Shown here one piece after another: positions 11,763 to 20,444 of a DNA stretch of 64,000 nucleotides. Every line of letters begins with the position of its first letter. Position 1 is the stretch's first letter. The translations under genes were made by a program, and so were the position numbers. Under the pieces are notes generated by a model. The model did not search any database, was not told where the DNA came from, and saw nothing but the letters and a program-made list of their open reading frames with translations. The stretch covers positions 572,996 to 636,995 of the forward strand of contig CAWBFV010000004.1 of the NCBI GenBank assembly GCA_963788235.1, given 5' to 3'. The DNA is from an uncultured Chloroflexia bacterium (GTDB lineage: Bacteria > Chloroflexota > Limnocylindria > Limnocylindrales > CSP1-4).

Positions 11763-12090
11763 CCTTGGTCGGGCGGGTGACCTCGACGCCGCTGCGGTCC
11801 ATCAGCGCCGTCCCGACCAGTCCGGCCGGCAGCAGGGCTGCAAGGACGAGGACGCGCGGAGCGCCGCCCAGGAACAGTCCGGCGGCGAACCCGATCGACG
11901 CGCCGGCGACGATCTTGAGCGTCTCGTCGGAACCCGAGCGGACGAGGCGGTTGGCCTCGTCGAACGCGTCGCGCGTGGTGGTGGCCGCCTCGGGCAGCCT
12001 GGCGGTCACTTCGCCGGCGACGCCGGCGACCGTGTCGACTGCCTGGCGTACCTGATCCGTTGCTCGCTTGGACGGGGTGGTCGCACTCAT
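11755..12090 (-). CDS. Hypothetical protein with a C-terminal hydrophobic anchor (DUF883/YqjD-like architecture)
   Basis: Helical N-terminus MSATTPSKRATDQVRQAV..., then IVAGASIGFAAGLFLGG...LAALLPAGLVG; SD GGAGG. Confidence 0.7.
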   Translation of the reverse strand: MSATTPSKRATDQVRQAVDTVAGVAGEVTARLPEAATTTRDAFDEANRLVRSGSDETLKIVAGASIGFAAGLFLGGAPRVLVLAALLPAGLVGTALMDRSGVEVTRPTKVR

Positions 12091-12259
12091 CTCAGATCCT
12101 CCAGAAAAGCGACGGACGGCCCGGGGAGGGGACCCGAACCGTCCGTGGCAAGAAGGGGTGCGCCCCGTCACAAGCGCCCACCTTGGGTTTGTACGTTCGT
12201 TCGGGGTGAACGTAGAGCCTCGTATGTCCACGTCTCACCACCGGCGACGGCCTCGGACA

Positions 12260-12275
12260 TTGCATCGGCATAACA
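12260..12275 (-). promoter_or_regulatory. Direct-repeat box TGTTA-N6-TGCAA
   Basis: 15/16 identical to the site at 829-844; 45 bp upstream of TACGTT (12209-12214). Confidence 0.7.
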
Positions 12276-12442
12276 ATGGGCCCGCGAATCGGTGGATCTC
12301 GTCGCCGAGTCCAGCGCGCGCCTCCCTCCGTCTGCCGAGATGTGGCTCCCGGACCCCCAGTGGTACGGGAGCCACACGCCTAAGCCTGCCCGGGTGGGCG
12401 TCACGGTCATACGTGCGTGGCCGGCCCGTCCCTTGCACTGTC

Positions 12443-12949
12443 CTAGCGGCTGGGCGTTCCGGTCTCCCGGCCAGGGGTCCGATCCGGCTCGACCTCGCCG
12501 TCGTGGACCTCGCCACGCCACGCTCCGGTCGGCTGGCGGCGCGACTCGATGAACTCCTTGAAATGCTCGACGTCCTCCTGGGCCTGTCGATCGACGAAGC
12601 CGAGCGCGTCGCCGACCTTCTCCACCGGGTCCGACGGCTCGACGTCGAGCTCCAGGTTGACGCGTGTGCGGCCCTCCCCGAGTCGCTCGAAGCTCACGAC
12701 ACCGGCATTCCTGGCGCCTTCCGTGGACTGCCAGGCGACGCGTCGGTCAGGCTCCTGCTCGATGATCTCGGCAAGCCACGTCCGCTCGATGCCGCCGATC
12801 TCGGCGGTCCAGCGCAGGCGCCTGTCGTCGAGCTGCTCGACCCGCTTGACCGCTTCCATGAAGCGGGGGAACTCCTCGAACTGGGTCCACTGGTCGTAGG
12901 CCGTCTCGACGGGGACGTCCACCTCGATGGTCTTCGTGATCGTCGACAT
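12443..12949 (-). CDS. SRPBCC/polyketide cyclase family protein
   Basis: MSTITKTIEVDVPVETAYDQWTQFEEFPRFM...QEPDRRVAWQS...NAGVVSF; SD AAGGAG. Confidence 0.9.
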   Translation of the reverse strand: MSTITKTIEVDVPVETAYDQWTQFEEFPRFMEAVKRVEQLDDRRLRWTAEIGGIERTWLAEIIEQEPDRRVAWQSTEGARNAGVVSFERLGEGRTRVNLELDVEPSDPVEKVGDALGFVDRQAQEDVEHFKEFIESRRQPTGAWRGEVHDGEVEPDRTPGRETGTPSR

Positions 12950-12974
12950 CAGGTCTCCTTCGGTCATCAGTCAT

Positions 12975-13006
12975 GACGAAGCCCACCGTTGCCGGTGGGC
13001 TTCGTC
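12975..13006. terminator. Perfect 14-bp hairpin (GCAA loop on the minus strand)
   Basis: GACGAAGCCCACCG-TTGC-CGGTGGGCTTCGTC between the GlsB-like and SRPBCC genes. Confidence 0.7.
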
Positions 13007-13047
13007 GGGTTTCGCGTACCGGGCCGGTGGCCCGGAACCTGGTCAGA

Positions 13048-13329
13048 TCAGATCGGGCCTCGTCCGACCCGGCTTCGGCCGGTGACGGCATTGACGACCA
13101 CGACGGTGAGGACGGCACCGATCGTCGCGACGACGATCGAGCTCAGGTCGAGCGCCCCGTTGATCGGATCGCTGTTGAACAGCGCACCCGCGAGGAAGCC
13201 ACCGACGAGAGCGCCCACGATGCCGAGCACGACGTGCCCGATGATCCCGAGGCCCTCATCACCCTTGACGAGGAATCCGGCCAGATAGCCGGCGATCGCG
13301 CCGAGCACGATCCACGCAATGATGCTCAT
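13048..13329 (-). CDS. GlsB/YeaQ/YmgE family stress-response membrane protein
   Basis: MSIIAWIVLGAIAGYLAGFLVKG...IVGALVGGFL...ATIGAVL; SD GGAGG. Confidence 0.9.
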   Translation of the reverse strand: MSIIAWIVLGAIAGYLAGFLVKGDEGLGIIGHVVLGIVGALVGGFLAGALFNSDPINGALDLSSIVVATIGAVLTVVVVNAVTGRSRVGRGPI

Positions 13330-13363
13330 CCAAGTACCTCCATCCCTAACCCATTGCCCTCGC

Positions 13364-13552
13364 TCAGGACGGCGAGGCGGACATCTCCGGCGCCGACTCG
13401 CTCGGTGCCGCTTCGCTCGGTGCCGCTTCACTCGGAGCCGACGTATCGACCGGCGCCAAGGTCTCGGTGCCAGTGGACGTGCCACTGCCCGACGGCGAGC
13501 ACGCGACCAGGGCCGCGCCCATCGCCAAGATCAAAAGGATTCGCTTCACCAT
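13364..13552 (-). CDS. Small lipoprotein with APSEA tandem repeats (62 aa)
   Basis: Signal and lipobox ALVAC, then an S/T/P-rich tail SAPSEAAPSEAAPSESAPE (15-nt repeats ~13400-13440); SD GGAGG. Confidence 0.7.
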   Translation of the reverse strand: MVKRILLILAMGAALVACSPSGSGTSTGTETLAPVDTSAPSEAAPSEAAPSESAPEMSASPS

Positions 13553-13678
13553 GTAGAACCTCCAGGTTGCGGACGACGCTCCGCGTGCGTCATTCGGCTT
13601 GGTCCGTCTCTTTCGGGGACGGGTCGAACCCTAGAGGTGGTCACGCATCGGTCGTACGTGCGCCACAAGGCCACGGCG

Positions 13679-13694
13679 TTGCAGGCGGCTCGCA
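13679..13694 (-). promoter_or_regulatory. Direct-repeat box TGCGA-N6-TGCAA
   Basis: 45 bp upstream of TAGGGT (13628-13633). Confidence 0.6.
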
Positions 13695-13813
13695 GTCGGT
13701 GCGCGTCCGCACCCTGGGCCGAGCGACGGGGACTGGTTGTGATGCGTGCGCGATATCGAGCGCACTCTCGTGCATCGCCGCGCATCGCGGCGAACCACAG
13801 GATTCGGGCACCG

Positions 13814-13960
13814 ATGTTGACCGAGACCGCCGAACCACAGCTTCGACCCTGGATGTCCGATCCGGACGATCCCAGCGGCGACCGCATCATGCTCGCGATC
13901 CAGTACGCGACCGCGCTCGTCGCGGTCCTCGCGGCCGGCCTGCTGAGCCTCGTCCGCTGA
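13814..13960 (+). CDS. Micro membrane protein directly upstream of corA (start 13814 or 13853)
   Basis: ...MSDPDDPSGDRIMLAIQYATALVAVLAAGLLSLVR*, with one C-terminal TM; its TGA overlaps the in-frame CTG of the CorA ORF. Confidence 0.5.
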   Translation: MLTETAEPQLRPWMSDPDDPSGDRIMLAIQYATALVAVLAAGLLSLVR

Positions 13961-15003
13961 CCCGCTCGCGGGCCCGCCTGTTCGACGCGGACGGGCATGA
14001 CCGCTGGGTCGAGCTGACGGACGACGTCGTCAAGGAGCTCGGGGACAAGCGGCTGCTGTGGGTCGATATCGATCGCGATGAGTCCGATGCCGACGCCTGG
14101 ATCGCCACGGTCGTCGACGTGCTCAAGATCCCGCTCGCCGAGATCAAACAGGCCGAGGAGGGCGAGGTCGGCCGCGTCCGGTTGATGCGGAATGGCGAAC
14201 GGCTCCACGTGACCGTGGAGGCACTCGAGCTCGAGGAACCGCCGAGGGCCGCCGACGATTCGGACCCGGAGGCGCGCGCGGCCGCCGATCTTGCGACCGA
14301 CGCTGAGCCGACGCCCCTCATCAGTCGCGAGATCGACCTCATCGCCGGCGAGAATGTCGTGATCAGCCTGCATGACGGGCCGTCGCTCACGCTCGACGGC
14401 TTCCGCGAGGAGCTCGACGATGAGACGCGCCTCGGTGTGCTGACGGCCGGCGACGTCCTGTCCTCGCTGATCGACCAGGTCCTCGACGGGTACTTCCTCG
14501 TCGCGGAGCTCATCGAGCGCGAGATCGACGAGCTCGATCAGCGGGCGCTGTACGGACATCGGGGCGACGACATCCTCACGCGGATCGTGTCCCTGCGAGC
14601 GCGCATCGGCCTCGTCCGCCGGACCCTCGCCCCGCACCGCCACGCGCTCTCGACGCTCGCGCTCCCGGAGATGCGCGCGGCCGAGACGGTCGGTCAGCCG
14701 TGGCCCGGCTTGATCGATCGGCTGGAGGCTGCGATGGGTGCCATCGAGGGGCTGCGCTCAAGCCTGCTGGGGACCTTCGACATCCAGATGAACCGCGAGT
14801 CCCAGCGCGCCAACGACGTGATGCGGACGCTGACGTTGCTGTCGGCCGTGCTGCTCCCCGCTGTGGTCCTTGCCGGGATCATGGGCATGAACTTCAAGCT
14901 CCCGTTCTTCGACGCGACCGAGAACTTCTGGGTCGTCATCGTGGGGATGGGAGCACTGGCGCTCACGATCCTCGGGATCGCTCGCTGGCGGCACTGGCTC
15001 TAG
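13957..15003 (+). CDS. corA: CorA-family Mg2+/Co2+ transporter
   Basis: LLWVDID, SLIDQVLDGYF, NDVMRTLTLLSAVLLPAVVLAGIMGMNFK (GMN motif) and two C-terminal TMs. The start is uncertain (CTG at 13957). Confidence 0.88.
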   Translation: MTRSRARLFDADGHDRWVELTDDVVKELGDKRLLWVDIDRDESDADAWIATVVDVLKIPLAEIKQAEEGEVGRVRLMRNGERLHVTVEALELEEPPRAADDSDPEARAAADLATDAEPTPLISREIDLIAGENVVISLHDGPSLTLDGFREELDDETRLGVLTAGDVLSSLIDQVLDGYFLVAELIEREIDELDQRALYGHRGDDILTRIVSLRARIGLVRRTLAPHRHALSTLALPEMRAAETVGQPWPGLIDRLEAAMGAIEGLRSSLLGTFDIQMNRESQRANDVMRTLTLLSAVLLPAVVLAGIMGMNFKLPFFDATENFWVVIVGMGALALTILGIARWRHWL

Positions 15004-15022
15004 AACGCGATCGAAAGCGGGC

Positions 15023-17089
15023 TCAGTCCTCGTGGAGGACGCGCATCGCGAACCCGAATTCGGCGCCCCGCTCGGGCAGCGGGTGCGCCCAGATGCGACC
15101 GCCCATCGCGCGCACGAGGCGAGCGCACACGAACAGCCCGATGCCTGCTCCGGACGTGGCGCCCGCGGTGGTCGGCGAGCGGTAGAACAGCTCGAACAAC
15201 TGCTCCGCCTCCGTGGCTTCGATGCCGGGCCCATCGTCCGAGACGCGGACCACGACCTCGTCGGAGGTCTCGTCCAGGTCGACCGTGACGTCGATCCGCG
15301 CGGCGTTGCCGCCGTACTTCGCGGCGTTGGTGAGCAGGTTGCGGACGATCTGCTCGAGGTAGGTCGGATCGGCGGTCACCGTCGGCAGCCCGGGCTGGAT
15401 CTTCGTCGAGAACGTGACCCCCGGCCAGCGCTCCTCCTCGGACGCGACGACGCCTGGCACGACCCGTTGGAGGAGCACCGGCTCGCGGCCGACGTCGGCG
15501 TCGCTCTCGCCGAACCGGCTCATCGCGACGACGTCCTCCACGAGGCGCTTCAGGCGCTCCGCCTCATCGGCCACGTCCCCGAAGATCTCCCGTCGGGTCG
15601 CCTCATCGAGTCCGCTGTCGTCGCGTGACAGGATCCGCGCCCCGCCGAAGATCGTGGTGATCGGCGTTCGGAGCTCGTGGGACAGGATCCCGATGAACGT
15701 CTCGCGAACGGCCTCGCGCTGGCGGTGCTCGGTCACGTCGCGCAGGACCAGGATCGTCTCGCCGCGTGGATCGCCTTCGGTCGATCGATCGGCCACGGGA
15801 TAGGTCGCGACCTCGATCCAGCGCTCCGCCTCGTCGCGCGTCCGCAGGGCGATGGGTCCTCCATGGACGCCCAGCGGTGGCGCGATGCCGTCCGGGTCCC
15901 GGAGCTGGTACAGCACCTCGGCGTAGGAATTGATCGGCGTACCGGCGAACATCTCGCGAGCCGCCGGGTTGGCCAGGAGGATGCGCCCGTCCGCGCCGCA
16001 CACGATCACGCCGTCACCCATCGCCCGGATGACCGCGTTGAGCTCCGCGGCGCGCGCGTGCTCGGCGCGGGCCAGTCGCTCCAGCCGGCCCTGTGCTTCG
16101 AGCCGTTCGCGGATGTCGCGGGCGACCGCGACGAGCGTCGGTTCCTCGCCTGGCAGCTCGACGCGCTGGAGCAGGATCTCAACGGGGACCGCCGGCCCGC
16201 TGTCTCGACGGAACAGCAGCGCTGCGGTGCGCGATTCCACGCGGCCGTCCCGGACGGGGCGCACGAGCCGCTCGACAGCCTGGTCGTCCGTGGCCTCGAG
16301 CAGGTCCCAGAAGCGGATCCCGAGCAGCTGCTCGCGGTCGCGCTCCAGGATCTCGATCGCGCCCTCGTTGACTTCCATGATCCGTCCTGTCGCAGGCTCG
16401 ACCACGAAGACCGCCTCGGCCACCGCATCGAGGATCCGCCGGAACCGGTCGGCGACCTGGAAGGCACGAGCATTCTCGAGCGCGGCGCCGGCCCGGGCCG
16501 CCAGGTCGACCGCGAAGGCGAGGTGGCGGGTACCGAAGATGCGGCCGGATTCCTCCGCGGCGGCGAAGGCGATCGTCCCCGAGACCCGGCCGCCGCCGAC
16601 CATCGGGGCACACATCCACGACCGCAGCCCGAGCTGCCGCAGGAGCTCGCGGTGGTCCGGGTTGGTCACGGTCTCGTCGAGCATCGCCGGGTCGATCTCG
16701 GCGAGGATCATCGCCTGGCCCGTGCGCGCGACCGCATAGCTGCCGACGGGGGCATCCGGCGACGGCGGATATCGATCGCGCAGCTCCTCGACCAGCGCGA
16801 TCCGCTCGGCGTCTCGATGCGAGATCACCAGTGGCGACAGCCGGCCGTCCGTCTCGAGCAGATCGATCGCGCACCAATCGGCGATGCCGGGCACGATCAA
16901 TTCCGCGATCTGCCGCAGCGTTGCCGAGGTATCGAGCGATGCCCCGAGGATCCGACCGGCCTCGGCCATGTACGACGCGAGCTCGACCTCGTCGGGGTCG
17001 CCAACGCGGTATCCGGGGTCAGCCGTGGCGTCCGGCGCAGCGGGCAGGGGCTCGCTGCTCCGTCGGGGTGTCGGCGGTAGTGCGGTCAC
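15023..17089 (-). CDS. Cytoplasmic sensor histidine kinase GAF-PAS-PAS-HisKA-HATPase
   Basis: GAF IVPGIADWCAIDL...LGLRSWMCAPM, two PAS-like segments, [36 protein letters not shown]. Confidence 0.92.
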   Translation of the reverse strand: MTALPPTPRRSSEPLPAAPDATADPGYRVGDPDEVELASYMAEAGRILGASLDTSATLRQIAELIVPGIADWCAIDLLETDGRLSPLVISHRDAERIALVEELRDRYPPSPDAPVGSYAVARTGQAMILAEIDPAMLDETVTNPDHRELLRQLGLRSWMCAPMVGGGRVSGTIAFAAAEESGRIFGTRHLAFAVDLAARAGAALENARAFQVADRFRRILDAVAEAVFVVEPATGRIMEVNEGAIEILERDREQLLGIRFWDLLEATDDQAVERLVRPVRDGRVESRTAALLFRRDSGPAVPVEILLQRVELPGEEPTLVAVARDIRERLEAQGRLERLARAEHARAAELNAVIRAMGDGVIVCGADGRILLANPAAREMFAGTPINSYAEVLYQLRDPDGIAPPLGVHGGPIALRTRDEAERWIEVATYPVADRSTEGDPRGETILVLRDVTEHRQREAVRETFIGILSHELRTPITTIFGGARILSRDDSGLDEATRREIFGDVADEAERLKRLVEDVVAMSRFGESDADVGREPVLLQRVVPGVVASEEERWPGVTFSTKIQPGLPTVTADPTYLEQIVRNLLTNAAKYGGNAARIDVTVDLDETSDEVVVRVSDDGPGIEATEAEQLFELFYRSPTTAGATSGAGIGLFVCARLVRAMGGRIWAHPLPERGAEFGFAMRVLHED

Positions 17090-17295
17090 GATCCCTCGCG
17101 CTCGGGTGGCCCTGCAGTTGCGCCGCCGCTAGACGGTCCGTCGCGCACGCCGTCCGGCCGCATGGCCGGCGGGTCGAGTGTGCAAGACGCGCCCGTCACA
17201 GCGAGGCCCTCCGCTGGACCGCTGACCGATTCAGCGGCGTTACAAACCGGCCGATCGCTGTCCCGACTGCGGACGGGCGGCGTACTGTCAGGCGG

Positions 17296-18456
17296 ATGAC
17301 ACAGGAATCGACGTTCGCGCCGACCGGCGTTCCGGCCTTCGAGCTGCCCGCGCAGCTCATGCCCGATGACGCCCCTGCGCTGTCATCGCCGACGTACCGC
17401 CAGTTCCTCGAGGCGCTCGGTGTCGCGGTCTACACGACCGACGCGGAGGGGCGGATCAACTTCTACAACGAGGCGGCGGCCCGCTTCTGGGGTCGTCGCC
17501 CCGAGCTTGGCGAGCTCTGGTGCGGCTCGCTGCGGATCCTCTGGCCGGATGGTCGGCTCATGCCCCACGACGAGTGCCCGATGGCCGTGGCCCTCAAGGA
17601 GGGTCGGTCGATCCGTGGCCAGGAGGCCATCGTCGAGCGTCCCGACGGCAGCCGTGCCGCATTCATGCCGTTCCCGACGGTCGTCCACGACGAGGCCGGG
17701 AGTCTCGCGGGCGCCATCAACGTGCTGATCGACGTGACCGAGCGACGCCGCGCCGAGGAGGCGCTGCGTGCCGCGAACGCCGTCAAGGATGACTTCCTCG
17801 GGCTCGTGTCCCACGAGCTGCGAACGCCGGTCACCACGATCTTCGGCAATGCCCGTCTCCTGCGCGATTCCGAGGGCGTGTCGGATCGCCACCTGCCGAT
17901 GGTCGCCGACATCGCCACCGACGCCGAACGGCTGCTCGCGCTGGTGGAGAACCTGCTGCTGTTGACGCGGGCCGGAAGCGAGGTCGAGGTCGAGCACGAA
18001 CCGCAGGTCCTCGCCCACGTCGTCAACCACGTGGCGACGTCGTTCGAGCGCCGCCATCCGGGTCGGACCGTCCGGGTCGAGGCCGGTGTCGGTAACGCCA
18101 TCGTCGAGGCGGACCAGGGGTATCTCGAGCTGCTGCTCGAGAACCTGCTGAGCAACGCACACAAGTACAGCCCACTCGAGTCGCCGATCGACGTCCGGGT
18201 CGAACCCATGGGCGACGAGGTCCGGGTCGACGTCCAGGACCGCGGGATCGGGGTCGATCCCGCCGAGGTCGACCGCTTGTTCACGACGTTCTATCGCTCA
18301 CCGGCAGCCAGGCAGCTCAGCGGCGGGCTCGGCATCGGCCTGAGCGCCTGCCGGCACATCGTCGCGTTGCTCGGCGGGCGGATCTCCGGCGAGCCGCGCG
18401 ATGGCGGTGGCTCGACTTTCACGTTCGTGCTGCCGGCGGCCGTCGACACCGACTGA
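17296..18456 (+). CDS. Cytoplasmic PAS histidine kinase
   Basis: PAS AVYTTDAEGRINFYNEAAARFWGRRPELGELWCGS...ECPMAVALKEG, VSHELRTPVTTIFG, NLLSNAHKYS, DRGIG, GLGIGL; TACTGT 7 nt before ATG. Confidence 0.92.
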   Translation: MTQESTFAPTGVPAFELPAQLMPDDAPALSSPTYRQFLEALGVAVYTTDAEGRINFYNEAAARFWGRRPELGELWCGSLRILWPDGRLMPHDECPMAVALKEGRSIRGQEAIVERPDGSRAAFMPFPTVVHDEAGSLAGAINVLIDVTERRRAEEALRAANAVKDDFLGLVSHELRTPVTTIFGNARLLRDSEGVSDRHLPMVADIATDAERLLALVENLLLLTRAGSEVEVEHEPQVLAHVVNHVATSFERRHPGRTVRVEAGVGNAIVEADQGYLELLLENLLSNAHKYSPLESPIDVRVEPMGDEVRVDVQDRGIGVDPAEVDRLFTTFYRSPAARQLSGGLGIGLSACRHIVALLGGRISGEPRDGGGSTFTFVLPAAVDTD

Positions 18457-18464
18457 TCCGTCCG

Positions 18465-19121
18465 ATGCCCGACCGTCCCAGGAAGGCTGACCGGGGAGCC
18501 GGCACGATCGTCGTCAGCGGCACCGGTCGCGTCTCGGTGACCCCGGATGTCGCGGACCTGCGGCTGGGCGTGTCGGTCGCGCGACCGAAGGTCGAGACCG
18601 CCCGTGCGGAGGCCGCGTCGACGATGGATGCGATCCTCGCGGCGATCCACGCCGCCGGTATCCCGCGGAAGGACGTCCGCACGACGCTGCTGTCGATCCA
18701 GCCGCGCTACGACTACCAAGATGGCCGTGCCCCGACGCTGACCGGGTATGAGCTGGCCAACGTCGTGGAGGTGACGATCCGCGACCTCGCCAAGCTCGGG
18801 GCCACCGTCGATGGCGCCCTGGCCGCCGGCGCGACCAGCATGGACGGCCTGACGTTCCGGCTGGCCGACCTTGCCCCAGCCGAGCGCGAGGCGCGCCAAC
18901 TCGCGATGGCCGACGCGCGGGCACGTGCCGATGTCCTCGCCGCTGCCGGCGGGCTGACGATCGAGGGCGTGTCGGACATCGTCGAGGGCGGGCTCCCGCG
19001 ACCGCCGATGCCGTACGGCAAGGCTGAGCGCATGTCGATGGCCGCCGACGTCGCGACGCCGGTCGAGGCCGGTTCGCTCGAGGTGGCGGTCAGCGTGACG
19101 GTGACCTACCGCGCTCGCTAA
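18465..19121 (+). CDS. SIMPL/DUF541 domain protein
   Basis: TIVVSGTGRVSVTPDVADLRLGV...SIQPRYDY...GYELANVVEVTIRDL...AMADARARA...VSVTVTY. Confidence 0.92.
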   Translation: MPDRPRKADRGAGTIVVSGTGRVSVTPDVADLRLGVSVARPKVETARAEAASTMDAILAAIHAAGIPRKDVRTTLLSIQPRYDYQDGRAPTLTGYELANVVEVTIRDLAKLGATVDGALAAGATSMDGLTFRLADLAPAEREARQLAMADARARADVLAAAGGLTIEGVSDIVEGGLPRPPMPYGKAERMSMAADVATPVEAGSLEVAVSVTVTYRAR

Positions 19122-19142
19122 CCGTTCGGGTCTGGGCGGGCC

Positions 19143-20378
19143 CTAGGATCCAGCGAGGCCGATCCGCAGCAGCGCCCCGGTACTCAGATCCGTGGCGAAC
19201 AGCTCGCCGGCCGAGTCCTCGGCGATCGCGCTGATCGAGTAGTTCGTCGTCGCGACGACCGGCGGGTCGATGGTGTCGGAGCTCGTCGCGGTCGCCGCGT
19301 CGATCGCCCAGAACGTCCCGGAGCAGTAGTCCGAGAACAGGTACCAGCCCTGCAGGGCCGGGAAGGCGGACCCGCGGTAGACCGCGCCGCCGGTCACCGA
19401 GCACCCCTGGTCGTGCCCGTACTCTGCGACGGGCAACGTGAGATCCGGTGTCGCGCATGCCGATCCGCTGTCGCGATAGCAGTGCGCGCCCTCCATCGTG
19501 TTCCAACCGAAGTCGAAGCCGCTCGTGCCCGCCCGGATGACATCGATCTCCTCCCACGCGCCCTGCCCGACGTCGCCGATCCAGAGGTCGCCCGTGGTCC
19601 GGTCGAAGCGGATCCGCCATGGGTTGCGCAGCCCCGTCGCGAAGATCTCGGGTCGCGCGCCGGCGCGCGTGACGAACGGGTTGTCCGGCGGGATGCGGTA
19701 CCGGGGCGTGCTCGCCTGGCCCTGGTCCTGCGAGACGTCGATCCGCAGCACCTTGGCCAGCAGCGTGTCGAGGTGGCGACCCGAATCCAGCGGATCCCCG
19801 CCACCGCCACCGTCACCGGTCCCGATGTAGAGCATCCCGTCAGGACCGAAGGCCAGCGAGCCGCCGTTGTGGTTGCCGAACTGGTCGTCCATCGTCAGCC
19901 AGATGCGGGCGCTGGACGGATCCGCCACGTCAGGGTCCGTCGACGTCGTGTCGTAGGAGGCGACGACCTGTCGACCGTCTCGGTCGGTGTAGTAGACGAA
20001 GAAGCGGCCCTCCTCGGCAGTCGGCAGGAACGCCAGACCAAGGAGCCCTCGTTCGCCACCGGCCAGCACGAGATCGCGGATGTCGAGGAAGGGGCGCTCC
20101 ACCAGCTTGCCATCGCGGACCAGCCGGATGCGCCCGCCCTGCTCGACCACGAACAACGACGTCGGCTCGTTGGGGCGGTAGGCGATGTCGACCGGGCTCT
20201 CGAGGCCGTCGAGGACCGGGCTCACGGCGAGGGCCGGGGCCGCACCCGGCGCCTGCGATGGCGCGGCTGGAGAAGTGCTCGGCGGCGCCGATGACGGGAC
20301 CGGAGCCGTCGGCGCAGGGGCCCCGCAGGCGCCGAGGACCAGGGCGAGCAACGACAGCACGAGGATCGATCGGCGCAT
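19143..20378 (-). CDS. PQQ-dependent glucose/sorbosone dehydrogenase family lipoprotein
   Basis: Lipobox LGAC; GGERGLLGLAF, NHNGGSLAFGPDGMLYIGTGDGG, IPPDNPF, GLRNPWRIRFD, GDVGQGAWEEID. Confidence 0.92.
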   Translation of the reverse strand: MRRSILVLSLLALVLGACGAPAPTAPVPSSAPPSTSPAAPSQAPGAAPALAVSPVLDGLESPVDIAYRPNEPTSLFVVEQGGRIRLVRDGKLVERPFLDIRDLVLAGGERGLLGLAFLPTAEEGRFFVYYTDRDGRQVVASYDTTSTDPDVADPSSARIWLTMDDQFGNHNGGSLAFGPDGMLYIGTGDGGGGGDPLDSGRHLDTLLAKVLRIDVSQDQGQASTPRYRIPPDNPFVTRAGARPEIFATGLRNPWRIRFDRTTGDLWIGDVGQGAWEEIDVIRAGTSGFDFGWNTMEGAHCYRDSGSACATPDLTLPVAEYGHDQGCSVTGGAVYRGSAFPALQGWYLFSDYCSGTFWAIDAATATSSDTIDPPVVATTNYSISAIAEDSAGELFATDLSTGALLRIGLAGS

Positions 20379-20444
20379 CGCGGCCGATGCTAGCCGGGAT
20401 CGCCCGATCGGGTCGGCTGCTACCCTGCCGGCTGGAGGGACCCA

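Noticed and set aside
13400-13440. 15-bp tandem repeat GCTCGGTGCCGCTTC
   Set aside because: Coding repeat (APSEA) inside the small lipoprotein.
17229-17244. TGTAA-N6-TGAAT between the two divergent kinases as a regulon box
   Set aside because: The spacing to the nearest -10-like hexamer is 46 and the second half-site is weak; not counted among the core sites.
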